Source: Minisyncoccota bacterium
Lineage (GTDB): Bacteria; Patescibacteriota; Minisyncoccia; Phycocordibacterales; JABMNX01
DNA length: 64,000 bases
Reading direction: 5' to 3'
Assembly (NCBI GenBank): GCA_040876885.1
Contig: JBBDOU010000008.1
Coordinates: 42,986 to 106,985 of the forward strand
Part shown: in pieces, positions 9,707 to 18,158 of the stretch
How positions within the stretch are numbered: position 1 is the stretch's first letter
Layout: each line of letters opens with the position of its first letter
The notes under the pieces: model-generated
Told to the model about the DNA's origin: nothing
Database searches by the model: none
What the model saw: only the letters and a program-made list of their open reading frames with translations
Program-made: the position numbers and the translations under genes

Positions 9707-10762
9707 TTATTTAAGCAGATGCACTGTCTGCGTCGGGTATGCGAATTCTATCTTTTCTTTTTTAAAGGATTCCAATAACTTTATATTAAGCTCCTCTTGA
9801 AGGTCTACGTAATCGATGTATTCACGTGTTGGTATATAGTACACAACCTCATAATCAAGTGCCGAAGAAGCGAGTGCTTTGAGGTGCACTCTATCAAGCC
9901 GTGCATTCCCCACTTCAAGCCCCGCAAATATTGCTCGCACCATATCGGGAACCGCCTTTATTTTTGGAAGATCGGTCTCATATAAAATACCAAAAGAAAA
10001 CACTGCTCGCCGTTCGGTCATCTTTTTAAGGTTTTGAATACGTGCAGAGGTCAGTTCCTGATTTGAAATTACAATCTCCTCCCCCTGCAGTGCACGAAGT
10101 CGTGTTGTTTTAATACCAATCTTTTCTACTGTACCTGAGTGCTCTCCTACAATAACAAAGTCACCTACCTCAAATGGTTTGTCGAAGTAAATCGCAAACG
10201 AGCTAAACAAATCAGAGAGAATATTCTGCATTGCAAGCGCAATCGCAATACCTCCAATACCAAGACCGGCGACAAGTGAGGTAATGTTAATTCCAAGGTT
10301 TGAAATAACTGCAAGAATCGCAATAATCCACAATCCCCATTTCACTGCACTCCCTAAGAATCGATATGCTTTTTGTCCATCTTTCCCTTCCCGCTTCGCC
10401 CACTTTTCTAATGTGTAATCAATAAGCACATGGAGTGCGGTTACTACCTGGTAGGCAATTACAACAAAAATTAACCCGTCAATCACCCTATCGATAGTAG
10501 TGGTGAAAGATAAGTATTGCAGTGCAAAATACACCGAAAGCATGTAATAAAATGCAGGCTTCACACTTCTGATAATGCGAATTAACGTATCATCAATATC
10601 AGTCTCGGTCTTTTTAGCAAGACTCTCTAGGCGTTTCAAAATCCCCCACTGTAGAAATCTAAATACGAGTGTCAGCACGATAAAAATACCGAGCGCCAAC
10701 AGGTACGCCTGAAGACTATTACCAAAAAATACATACTCACTCCTTTGTAACATTTCAATCAT
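9707..10762 (-). CDS. Mechanosensitive ion channel, MscS family
   Basis: 351 aa; several TM helices followed by the MscS beta-domain region GDFVIVGEHSGTVEKIGIKTTRLRALQGEEIVISN. Confidence 0.85.
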   Translation of the reverse strand: MIEMLQRSEYVFFGNSLQAYLLALGIFIVLTLVFRFLQWGILKRLESLAKKTETDIDDTLIRIIRSVKPAFYYMLSVYFALQYLSFTTTIDRVIDGLIFVVIAYQVVTALHVLIDYTLEKWAKREGKDGQKAYRFLGSAVKWGLWIIAILAVISNLGINITSLVAGLGIGGIAIALAMQNILSDLFSSFAIYFDKPFEVGDFVIVGEHSGTVEKIGIKTTRLRALQGEEIVISNQELTSARIQNLKKMTERRAVFSFGILYETDLPKIKAVPDMVRAIFAGLEVGNARLDRVHLKALASSALDYEVVYYIPTREYIDYVDLQEELNIKLLESFKKEKIEFAYPTQTVHLLK

Positions 10763-10997
10763 ATAATCTTAGTATATCAAAAATTAAAGACTTTTTAAAA
10801 AGTATGCCACAGGTAAGCGTCTTCCTTAATATGAGATCATGGGATATGTCTTGACTATCTCTAAGTTCGTAAACCCACTAAGAGTGGCGGGACACAACTC
10901 AGCCTTTCCTCGCTTCGTGCGTGATTCCGCCGTTCGTGACTTTGTTTTATTTATAAAACAAGAAACACTCCTGTGGTGAATCCCAGTACTTCGCGCA

Positions 10998-11045
10998 CAT
11001 GAAAACAAAAAGATGACTAAAGCTAGCCATCTTTTTGTTTTCATG
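10998..11045 (-). terminator. Long hairpin immediately 3' of tRNA-Pro (18-bp perfect inverted repeat)
   Basis: catgaaaacaaaaagatg ... catctttttgttttcatg. Confidence 0.6.
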
Positions 11046-11118
11046 TCGGGATGCCGGGATTCGAACCCGGAGTCGCCCGCTCCCAAAGCGGGAATGTTAG
11101 CCGTTACACTACATCCCG
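11046..11118 (-). tRNA. tRNA-Pro (anticodon TGG)
   Basis: Reverse complement CGGGATGTAGTGTAACGGCTAACATTCCCGCTTTGGGAGCGGGCGACTCCGGGTTCGAATCCCGGCATCCCGA; anticodon loop TTTGGGA. Confidence 0.88.
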
Positions 11119-11416
11119 ATATACGACTCTCCTGCTTGCAAAATCACTCTCACTGCAATTGCAAAATCATACCATAAAAACTAAATACTACTAGCGTTCC
11201 GCCTCAAATTATAAAAAGCTCGTCAACGTATGTGCTGACGAGCTTCCTGTTTATTATTTCTGATTATTGCTTATTCTTTACTGCGCATATAATTAAAAAT
11301 ATAATACATAAGTTTAAAAATACTAATTCCATCTCTCCTCCTTTTTCCAAGTGTATATGTTCCCCTCTGCTCTTATATAAGTATGCAACCTACTGATTAG
11401 TTACATATGTGTCTTA

Positions 11417-11450
11417 TAAAGGACATATTGTATACACAAAATGTCCTTTA
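11417..11450. repeat. Inverted half-sites TAAAGGACAT-N14-ATGTCCTTTA (same half-site as the palindromes at 15841-15901)
   Basis: Exact 10-nt half-sites in everted orientation, adjacent to the yraN terminator. Confidence 0.5.
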
Positions 11451-11459
11451 TAAAAATAC

Positions 11460-11494
11460 CCTCTCTTTGGCGGTCCGACCGCCAAAGAGAGGGT
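11460..11494 (-). terminator. Terminator of the HD-yraN operon
   Basis: Perfect palindrome ccctctctttggcggtc/gaccgccaaagagaggg followed by a T-rich run on the minus strand. Confidence 0.7.
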
Positions 11495-11495
11495 A

Positions 11496-11903
11496 CTATA
11501 TGATGATATCTTCAATATACCTGCACTTCGCTTCCCTGTTCTTAATATCAAGAAAAACTGCTATCACGTCAAATTGCCATTCTTCCTCGTATTTCTTCTC
11601 CAAAAGATATGTTTGGATAGTACGTGAAAGCCGTTCGAGTTTCTTTTTATGTATATTCTCCTCAGGCCTATACTCATCAAGTGTTTCATGAGAAACAGCT
11701 CGTATACTCTCACGTGAAACTGTTTTTACTTCTATAAAATGTACTATACCCTTATTTTTAGCGATAATATCAATCTCACCCCACTTTTTCCAGTAGTTTT
11801 GCTGTACTATACTAAATCCCTGTTTCATAAGAAACCTACATGCGGTCTCCTCCCCTAGTCTTCCAACTTCATTGTGAGATATCTCCTTCATGTATTTAAG
11901 CAA
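11496..11903 (-). CDS. yraN: YraN-family (UPF0102) predicted endonuclease
   Basis: 135 aa; GEIDIIAK motif and size typical of UPF0102. Confidence 0.7.
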   Translation of the reverse strand: MLKYMKEISHNEVGRLGEETACRFLMKQGFSIVQQNYWKKWGEIDIIAKNKGIVHFIEVKTVSRESIRAVSHETLDEYRPEENIHKKKLERLSRTIQTYLLEKKYEEEWQFDVIAVFLDIKNREAKCRYIEDIII

Positions 11904-12494
11904 CTAATCCTGTTCCACGTGAAACATATCTTTATGTTCCTCTAAAATTAGAAGTAACTCCTTATAATACGCCTCTATTTCAGGTGAAACAGCTATCTTA
12001 GTGGTTTTCCCGTCAATAAGCATTTGGAGTGTCACTTTATGTTTTTTCCAGTTTCTCCCCTTATCGAGGTATACATTAATTATTGGAAGTAACTTGTCGA
12101 GTGCATACACAAATCTGCCCTCATTATCAATTTGATTCTCATAATCTTCTATAGTTTCATGAAAATCAGGGAATTCTGGAAACTCTTTGTTTAGCCGGAT
12201 AGCTGATTGCTTTTCGCGTTCCTTTTTTTCGATATTATCAGACTCAGAGCGGTAAAACCACGTATCTCCTGCGTAAACCTCAACAAAGTCATGAACAAGA
12301 GCGTATTTGATAATAAGATCCTTGTTTAACGTGTACTTCCCTTCAGAAAGTATGTACCAAGCGGTCATAGCAAGTTGGTAACTGTGCTCGGCATCGTTTT
12401 CATTTCTATCCAATCCAGTAGCATAAATCAAGCGTTCTACATCCCTAAATTTATTTATAAGTGTTACGAATTTAAAAATCGAGTCAATGTTCAT
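11904..12494 (-). CDS. HD-domain phosphohydrolase (YfbR-like 5'-deoxynucleotidase family)
   Basis: HD motif context AEHSYQLAM...LVHDFVEVYAGD; 196 aa. Confidence 0.75.
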   Translation of the reverse strand: MNIDSIFKFVTLINKFRDVERLIYATGLDRNENDAEHSYQLAMTAWYILSEGKYTLNKDLIIKYALVHDFVEVYAGDTWFYRSESDNIEKKEREKQSAIRLNKEFPEFPDFHETIEDYENQIDNEGRFVYALDKLLPIINVYLDKGRNWKKHKVTLQMLIDGKTTKIAVSPEIEAYYKELLLILEEHKDMFHVEQD

Positions 12495-12582
12495 ACTTTT
12501 AAGTATACATCAAAAATTAAGAAAAAAGTCTCAGTGTTACACATGAAACGTGTGATATAAAGTATAAACACATCAATATACT

Positions 12583-12596
12583 GTTTCACGTGAAAC
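12583..12596. promoter_or_regulatory. Perfect 14-bp palindrome GTTTCACGTGAAAC upstream of the HD gene; two further copies of CACGTGAAAC inside the operon
   Basis: Also ccacgtgaaac at 11925 and tcacgtgaaac at 11699. Confidence 0.4.
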
Positions 12597-12796
12597 ACTT
12601 GTTAGTGGAAAAATGATGTCTTTAAAATAACCATGTTTACAGCCATATTTTATAAAAGACAGTATTTTCATGTCCTTTTAATCCACACTATACACAGAGT
12701 TATCCCCAAAAAACAGTAAAAATGGCTTATTTTCTAGGCCTATTTAGGACAAATAAAGGACAGGTATTAAAGATATTCGTCTTGTAGTCAATAAAA

Positions 12797-12824
12797 AAGA
12801 CCCTCTGGGTACAGGAGTCTTTTT
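12797..12824 (-). terminator. Imperfect hairpin plus T-run 3' of tRNA-Gly(GCC)
   Basis: aagaccctctgggtacaggagtcttttt; shares the tttttgtattttgtgcgg flank with the tRNA-Gly(TCC) locus. Confidence 0.4.
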
Positions 12825-12832
12825 GTATTTTG

Positions 12833-12903
12833 TGCGGCCAGGGGTAATCGAAACCCCGACTCATCCTTGGCAAGGACGTGTTATACCACTTAACCATGGC
12901 CGC
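12833..12903 (-). tRNA. tRNA-Gly (anticodon GCC)
   Basis: Reverse complement GCGGCCATGGTTAAGTGGTATAACACGTCCTTGCCAAGGATGAGTCGGGGTTTCGATTACCCCTGGCCGCA; perfect D-stem; anticodon loop TTGCCAA. Confidence 0.88.
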
Positions 12904-13007
12904 AAGTGGAGATATTATACTATGTAAATATGTTATTCCAAATTTAAACAGGGAAGTCTGTGGCGCAGATTTATAAGTGATAGTTGTTGGGGTCAAGTTT
13001 CTAAGTT

Positions 13008-13292
13008 CGCCAGGATTCGAACCTTACAGATTCAGTACAGGTTGGCGATATTTTTACAAAATATCTGACAACCTTTTCGAATCCTCTTAGTCGCTACAAA
13101 CAAAATCACCCAATGTTCTCACATCGGGTTCATTTGTTTGTTGTGCGCCTACCAGGATTCGAACCTTACAGATTCAGTACAGGTTGGCGATATTTTTACA
13201 AAATATCTGACAACCTTTTCGAATCCTCTTAGTCGCTACAAACAAAATCACCCAATGTTCTCACATCGGGTTCATTTGTTTGTTGTGCGCCT
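13008..13292. repeat. 142-bp tandem duplication (two units) each carrying the 3' half of tRNA-Arg (T-loop to discriminator) plus 119 bp of downstream spacer
   Basis: caggattcga recurs at 13011, 13153 and 13295 (period 142); units are identical and run directly into the intact tRNA-Arg; the most distal copy (13008-13022) diverges after CCTGG. Confidence 0.85.
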
Positions 13293-13357
13293 ACCAGGAT
13301 TCGAACCCAGAATAACGGTTCCGAAGACCGTTGTGATATCCATTTCACCATAGGCGC
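13286..13357 (-). tRNA. tRNA-Arg (anticodon TCG)
   Basis: Reverse complement GCGCCTATGGTGAAATGGATATCACAACGGTCTTCGGAACCGTTATTCTGGGTTCGAATCCTGGTAGGCGCA; perfect acceptor stem; anticodon loop CTTCGGA. Confidence 0.85.
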
Positions 13358-13420
13358 AGTGATACGGAAGAATTATACGCTATATTCGCTTCACAACCAA
13401 ATATGTAATAAAATAGAAAC

Positions 13421-14899
13421 ATGTCAACTATTACACACTCACAAATTCCAAAAGAAATACAAGCGGTAACAGAAGCGCTCGAGAAGGCTGGTTTTGAAGC
13501 GTACCTTATTGGTGGCTGTGTCCGTGACCTCCTTATTGGACGCACCCCTAAGGACTGGGACGTGACCACAAACGCACACCCAGAAAAAATTCAAGAACTT
13601 TTTGAAGAGACATTTTATGAAAACGATTACGGAACAGTGGGTGTTGTTAACGAAACTGAAAACGCGTCACTCAAAGTCGTTGAAATAACTCCATACCGAC
13701 TTGAGACGACATATTCCGATGCACGCCGCCCCGATTCGATTCAGTTCTCAGAGAACCTTGAGGACGACTTAAAGCGTCGAGACTTCACTATGAACGCGAT
13801 AGCCTACAGTGTTTCAACAGGGGGGCTCACAGACCCATATAACGGACAGTCAGACCTTAACGGTAAGAGTATCACCGCTGTAGGAGACCCCTTTGAACGA
13901 TTTGAAGAAGATGCACTTCGCATGCTTCGCGCAATACGGCTCTCAGCGGAACTTGGTTTTACTATTGAAACAAAAACAGCCGAAGCAATTGCAAAGTCTG
14001 CTCCACAGCTTGGAAAAATTGCAAAAGAAAGAATTCGAGATGAATTTCTTCGTATTGTAATGTCTGATAACCCAATGCACGCGCTCATTATTTCAGAAAA
14101 ACTAGGACTACTTCCGTATATTGCACCTGATTTAGAGCGGGGGATTGGTATAGAACAAAACCAAGCACACACCTACGATGTGTTCGAGCATCTCCTGCGC
14201 ACCATGCAACACGGTGCTGATATGCATTGGAATATAGACGTGCGGTTAGCGGGACTCTATCACGATATTTCAAAACCAGAGACACGGAGATGGTCAAAAG
14301 AGAAGGAAGACTGGACGTTTTATGGACATGAGGTTGTTGGCGCACGAGTCGCAAGACGAGCATTTCAAGATTTAAAATTACCAAAGAAACAAACCGACAA
14401 ATTAGTCACAATGGTCCGGTGGCACATGTTTTTCTCTGACCCTGAAAAAATTACACTCTCGGCAGTCAGACGTATGATTAGAAATGTTGGTGAAGAAAAC
14501 ATCTGGGACCTGCTTAACCTGCGTATTTGTGACCGTATTGGTTCGGGGCGTCCTAAAGCACAGCCATTTCGATTTAGAAAATATAAATCAATGGTTGACG
14601 AGGCACTTCGTGACCCTATTTCAGTCGGCATGCTTAAAATAGACGGCGCGGGTGTTATGGAAATCACCGGAGAGAAACCTGGACCACGACTTGGGTACAT
14701 ACTCCACGCGCTTCTTGAGGAGGTGCTTGATGATCCTAAGAGAAACACCGAGGCGTATTTAGAAAAAAAGATAAAAGAGTTACAAGAACTTCCTGAGGAA
14801 ACACTTAAGGCGCACGGAGAACAGGGAAAGCGGAAAAGGGAGGAGTTTGAAGAGGAAGCGGTGAAAGAAATCCGTAAAAAACACTGGGTAGACAAGTAA
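13421..14899 (+). CDS. cca: CCA-adding tRNA nucleotidyltransferase with C-terminal HD domain
   Basis: Pol-beta NTase head signature GGCVRDLLIGRTPKDWDV, RRDFTMNA motif, HD region (YHDISKP). Confidence 0.9.
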   Translation: MSTITHSQIPKEIQAVTEALEKAGFEAYLIGGCVRDLLIGRTPKDWDVTTNAHPEKIQELFEETFYENDYGTVGVVNETENASLKVVEITPYRLETTYSDARRPDSIQFSENLEDDLKRRDFTMNAIAYSVSTGGLTDPYNGQSDLNGKSITAVGDPFERFEEDALRMLRAIRLSAELGFTIETKTAEAIAKSAPQLGKIAKERIRDEFLRIVMSDNPMHALIISEKLGLLPYIAPDLERGIGIEQNQAHTYDVFEHLLRTMQHGADMHWNIDVRLAGLYHDISKPETRRWSKEKEDWTFYGHEVVGARVARRAFQDLKLPKKQTDKLVTMVRWHMFFSDPEKITLSAVRRMIRNVGEENIWDLLNLRICDRIGSGRPKAQPFRFRKYKSMVDEALRDPISVGMLKIDGAGVMEITGEKPGPRLGYILHALLEEVLDDPKRNTEAYLEKKIKELQELPEETLKAHGEQGKRKREEFEEEAVKEIRKKHWVDK

Positions 14900-14923
14900 T
14901 TTATTACACGTAATAAAAAGAAA

Positions 14924-14954
14924 GACGCCATCCAAGATTGGATGGCGTTTTTAT
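14924..14954. terminator. Bidirectional terminator between convergent cca and nudix genes
   Basis: gacgccatccaa-gattggatggcgt hairpin followed by TTTTTATTT. Confidence 0.7.
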
Positions 14955-14977
14955 TTCGTGTTATATCGTTTTCGAGA

Positions 14978-15484
14978 TTAAGCACTTTTTTTCAGAGTAT
15001 CTTGAATCTCTTTTTTGACCCCCACACGATACAGTAGATCATCGTGGTTGGGCAAAAGGTCTGGGAGTCCATCAACGCGTGAAAAAAAGTTTTCGACGGG
15101 ACACGTGACGACGATTTCCCCTTCATCACCGACCTTTTTAAGTGGATTTTGCTTCCATTCTTCACCAGAATAGTGCTTCACCACCAGAAACAAGTACCGG
15201 TCGTAGTCACCTTTGTCTTCTTTAGAGCGAAAAGTGACCGTGTCAGGGTCTACAATCCCAGTTTCTTCAGCAACTTCACGTATGACGGTTTTGAATGGAT
15301 CGTTTTTGTCACACGGGTCAACATTTCCGCCGGGCAACTTGCGGTAGACGGTACCTCTTTTTTCTGGGTCATCGTGTACCATGACGAAAAGAAGTTGCCG
15401 AGGCAAGAAGATTAACGCAACAGAAGAATAGCTCCGGCCAGCAAGGGCGGATGGGCACTCAGGCCCACTAAGCGTTCCAACCAT
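14978..15484 (-). CDS. NUDIX hydrolase
   Basis: Nudix box context KLPGGNVD...VIREVAEETGI; possibly starts at the internal Met (MVHDDPEK). Confidence 0.8.
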   Translation of the reverse strand: MVGTLSGPECPSALAGRSYSSVALIFLPRQLLFVMVHDDPEKRGTVYRKLPGGNVDPCDKNDPFKTVIREVAEETGIVDPDTVTFRSKEDKGDYDRYLFLVVKHYSGEEWKQNPLKKVGDEGEIVVTCPVENFFSRVDGLPDLLPNHDDLLYRVGVKKEIQDTLKKSA

Positions 15485-15535
15485 TTGAAAGTTCCCCTTT
15501 TTATGGTTGACCCATCCTATGATGAATCTGTAATC

Positions 15536-15564
15536 ATTTTAGCATAAAAAGGTGTGCGAGTCAA
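15536..15564 (-). promoter_or_regulatory. Candidate promoter for the NUDIX gene (TTGACT-N17-TAAAAT on the minus strand)
   Basis: Read on the minus strand, about 50 nt upstream of the start codon. Confidence 0.4.
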
Positions 15565-15840
15565 GTTTCAGTATATAAAATAAAGCCGCTTTAGTGCGGG
15601 TTTCGGTATTAGGAGATTGGGCAAAAAATATCCGAAGGGTGCGTTAAAGCGACTTTGTCTACAAACTATCTCAGTAAAAGAACTGTCTTAAGAGTCAACA
15701 TACCCGATAATTCCAATACGCCGAAGCGTTATAATGTTAGTGTAAAAGGGATTGTTGTATTCCTCTCAAGGTGCCTCAGACTAAAATAAGTCTGTGAAAC
15801 TCTCTGAAAGATCTAAGAACGAACTTCTGAGTATTAGTAT

Positions 15841-15901
15841 ATGTCCTTTAGAAAAAGAGTAAAGGACATGGGTGTGGATAAATGTCCTTTATAAAGGACA
15901 T
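15841..15901. repeat. Two tandem copies of the palindromic element ATGTCCTTTA/TAAAGGACAT, each followed by GGGTG
   Basis: 15841-15869 is an inverted repeat with a 9-nt spacer; 15882-15901 is a perfect 20-bp palindrome; the same half-sites occur at 11417-11450. Confidence 0.7.
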
Positions 15902-15910
15902 GGGTGTTTT

Positions 15911-16288
15911 TTACCGATAATCCTCCCAAATACCAGCAAATACGCCCGCATAGTGCACTACTACATAAAGAAAGAACACATACCCAATAACCCCAACAAT
16001 AAGGACAAGTAGTGATGTATTGATGATTTCCTTACGGCGTTTCTTTGCTTCATCAAGAGTACACACACCCTTTTGTTTGTAGAAATAAAATAAAGTGGAT
16101 GCGACAAGAAGTAGTAACCCTACTCCTCGAAACGCCCACTTATATTCACCATAAAATGTATCAGAGAGAGAACTTGCGAAACTCACTGTTGAGAGCCCAA
16201 ACAAGACAAGGACGAGCGGACTTAAGCAACATAATGACGCGACAACCACCGGGAGACCGGTAACCTTAAGAAGTTCTTTTATTTTCAT
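15911..16288 (-). CDS. Small polytopic membrane protein, unknown function
   Basis: 125 aa with three or four hydrophobic helices. Confidence 0.5.
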   Translation of the reverse strand: MKIKELLKVTGLPVVVASLCCLSPLVLVLFGLSTVSFASSLSDTFYGEYKWAFRGVGLLLLVASTLFYFYKQKGVCTLDEAKKRRKEIINTSLLVLIVGVIGYVFFLYVVVHYAGVFAGIWEDYR

Positions 16289-16331
16289 ATTGATAAGTGT
16301 AGCGTATTGAGTGTTTCAATGTCAAGTTTAC

Positions 16332-16360
16332 TTGACATCAACATGTGGACTTCCTACAAT
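16332..16360 (+). promoter_or_regulatory. Candidate promoter TTGACA-N17-TACAAT ending 7 nt before the msrAB ATG, overlapped by a 9+9 palindrome (atgtcaagt-tt-acttgacat)
   Basis: Consensus-like hexamers with exact spacing; near-leaderless geometry. Confidence 0.45.
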
Positions 16361-16367
16361 AGACGCT

Positions 16368-17558
16368 ATGAACCATAGAATAAAGAACATGTTGTTGCCG
16401 TTTCTCCTTATCGCACTAATCCCAATCCTTATCTGGGGGTACGGGTGGTATCAGGGAAAGGTGTCGCCAAGTGAAGCAGACATGTCTGAAGTTATAGTGG
16501 GCGAAGCGGTTGGATATTTTGCTGGTGGGTGTTTCTGGTGTACTGAAAGTGATTTTGAAAAACTATCGGGGGTAACCGACGTTGTCTCTGGATACATGGG
16601 AGGGGATAGTGAGCATCCAAGCTACGTGCAAGTTGCAGGTGGAGAGAGTGGTCATCGAGAAGTGGTGAAGGTGACGTATAATCCAAACGAAGTGAGTTAT
16701 CGAAGGCTCGTCCTCGATCTCTTAAAACACACCGATCCAACTGACGAAGGTGGCTCGTTCTACGACCGAGGACATCAATACACGTCTGCGGTGTACTACC
16801 AAACGGAAGAAGAGAAGGCTATCGCGGAAGCAGTCCTCACGGAGATCGACACACTTGATGTGTATGAAAAACCTACTGTAACGAGTGTTGAACCTGCAGG
16901 AACATTCTGGGTGGCAGAAGACTACCACCAGGACTACTACAAGAAGAATCCTCGACAATACCAATACTACCGGACCGGTTCAGGGCGAGATGCATTTATA
17001 CAATCAGTGTGGGGGGACGGCATGCATGATGCGTTATTTATAGAGGAGATAATGAACGAATTAAATATAGGTAACAAAGGTAGTGCGGGAACGGATACTA
17101 TAAAGAATTCCTGGATAAATTTTGAGAAGCCAAGTGACGCAGTGCTCAAAAGCACCCTTACTGAACTTCAGTATTATGTAACACAAAAAGAGGGGACCGA
17201 GACTCCTTTTAAAAATGAGTACTGGGACAACCACGAGGAAGGTATTTATGTGGATGTCGTTTCAGGAGAACCTCTTTTTTCTTCAACTGATAAATTTGAT
17301 TCAGGTACAGGGTGGCCAAGCTTCTTAAAACCAATTGACTATAGCTTTGTGACCGAGCATAAAGATTACAAACTTATTATTCCACGTACGGAGATACGCA
17401 GTAAGATTGCGAATTCTCACCTTGGGCACATTATCCTTGATGGACCAATTGAGAACGATGGAATCCGCTACTGTATGAACTCTGCAGCACTTCGTTTCGT
17501 ACCAAAAAAAGACCTCAAAGCAGAAGGTCTTGGTGAGTATGCGAGCCTGTTTAAATAA
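16368..17558 (+). CDS. msrAB: Peptide methionine sulfoxide reductase MsrA-MsrB fusion with N-terminal membrane anchor
   Basis: MsrA active site GGCFWCTE; MsrB zinc/catalytic region ([10 protein letters not shown]...[11 protein letters not shown]); start taken at MNHRIKN, which precedes the TM helix. Confidence 0.88.
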   Translation: MNHRIKNMLLPFLLIALIPILIWGYGWYQGKVSPSEADMSEVIVGEAVGYFAGGCFWCTESDFEKLSGVTDVVSGYMGGDSEHPSYVQVAGGESGHREVVKVTYNPNEVSYRRLVLDLLKHTDPTDEGGSFYDRGHQYTSAVYYQTEEEKAIAEAVLTEIDTLDVYEKPTVTSVEPAGTFWVAEDYHQDYYKKNPRQYQYYRTGSGRDAFIQSVWGDGMHDALFIEEIMNELNIGNKGSAGTDTIKNSWINFEKPSDAVLKSTLTELQYYVTQKEGTETPFKNEYWDNHEEGIYVDVVSGEPLFSSTDKFDSGTGWPSFLKPIDYSFVTEHKDYKLIIPRTEIRSKIANSHLGHIILDGPIENDGIRYCMNSAALRFVPKKDLKAEGLGEYASLFK

Positions 17559-17588
17559 CCACCTCACCGCCAGCTTCTTTCCACTGCA
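17508..17588. repeat. 81-bp direct repeat, copy 1 (3' end of msrAB plus truncated 3' end of the rhodanese gene)
   Basis: Matches 18151..18231 with 2 mismatches. Confidence 0.9.
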
Positions 17589-17624
17589 CAATATCTTACT
17601 CCAGTGGAAGGACTCAAGCTTTTC

Positions 17625-18158
17625 TTATTTTTGCACAAAAATAAAATCTTCGTCACCTTTCCAAAAATCATCTAGATGCTTATGGTCTCCAACGAGCCAA
17701 ATAAAATTATCACCTCCATGCACTACTCGGAACTGACTCTCGTGATTTTCTGAGTCAAATTGAGATTCCATTCCAATTTGTAATGATTCTAATCTTGGTT
17801 GATGTAAATATTGAATTCTTAACTGAGGACCAACCTCTAAAGGACATATTTCTAGCCCAGCTTCAGTAGCCTTTTTATATATATCTTTTCTATAAGCTCC
17901 ATTAGAGAACCCTAAACCTGAAGGAGTGATCCTAACTAAATCTACTTTCTTTTCGGTTTTGGACATCGTGAAAGATTCACTATGTAAAACATCCTCCGCC
18001 CAGCTACCTATCCTAAATCCTTTCTCTTTAATAGCCCTCTTTAGTTCCTCCACGTTTTTATACGTACCAATGTTAATAGTCTTCCAAACTTGAAATCTTT
18101 TCATGTCTTTAGTATACCAAAGCTTTAAAAGTACCATGCTGAGGTATAAAAAAGACAT
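17625..18158 (-). CDS. Orphan protein of unknown function carried on the insertion between the 81-bp repeats
   Basis: ORF lies entirely between the repeat copies; first ATG is inside repeat copy 2 and an alternative start is MKRFQV (18104); no recognisable motifs. Confidence 0.5.
   Translation of the reverse strand: MSFLYLSMVLLKLWYTKDMKRFQVWKTINIGTYKNVEELKRAIKEKGFRIGSWAEDVLHSESFTMSKTEKKVDLVRITPSGLGFSNGAYRKDIYKKATEAGLEICPLEVGPQLRIQYLHQPRLESLQIGMESQFDSENHESQFRVVHGGDNFIWLVGDHKHLDDFWKGDEDFIFVQK

Noticed and set aside
10826-11086. 86-aa minus-strand ORF from the six-frame track
   Set aside because: It overlaps tRNA-Pro and its terminator hairpin. It has no motifs and a Cys/Arg-rich, low-complexity translation typical of spurious frames.
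13138-13569. Track ORFs 13138..13353 (+) and 13345..13569 (-)
   Set aside because: They lie inside the 142-bp tandem repeat and tRNA-Arg. Their translations are artefacts of the repeats.
15870-15878. Perfect DnaA box TGTGGATAA about 30 kb from oriC
   Set aside because: A single 9-mer is expected by chance at about this frequency in 64 kb. It sits inside the palindromic repeat element rather than at a promoter.
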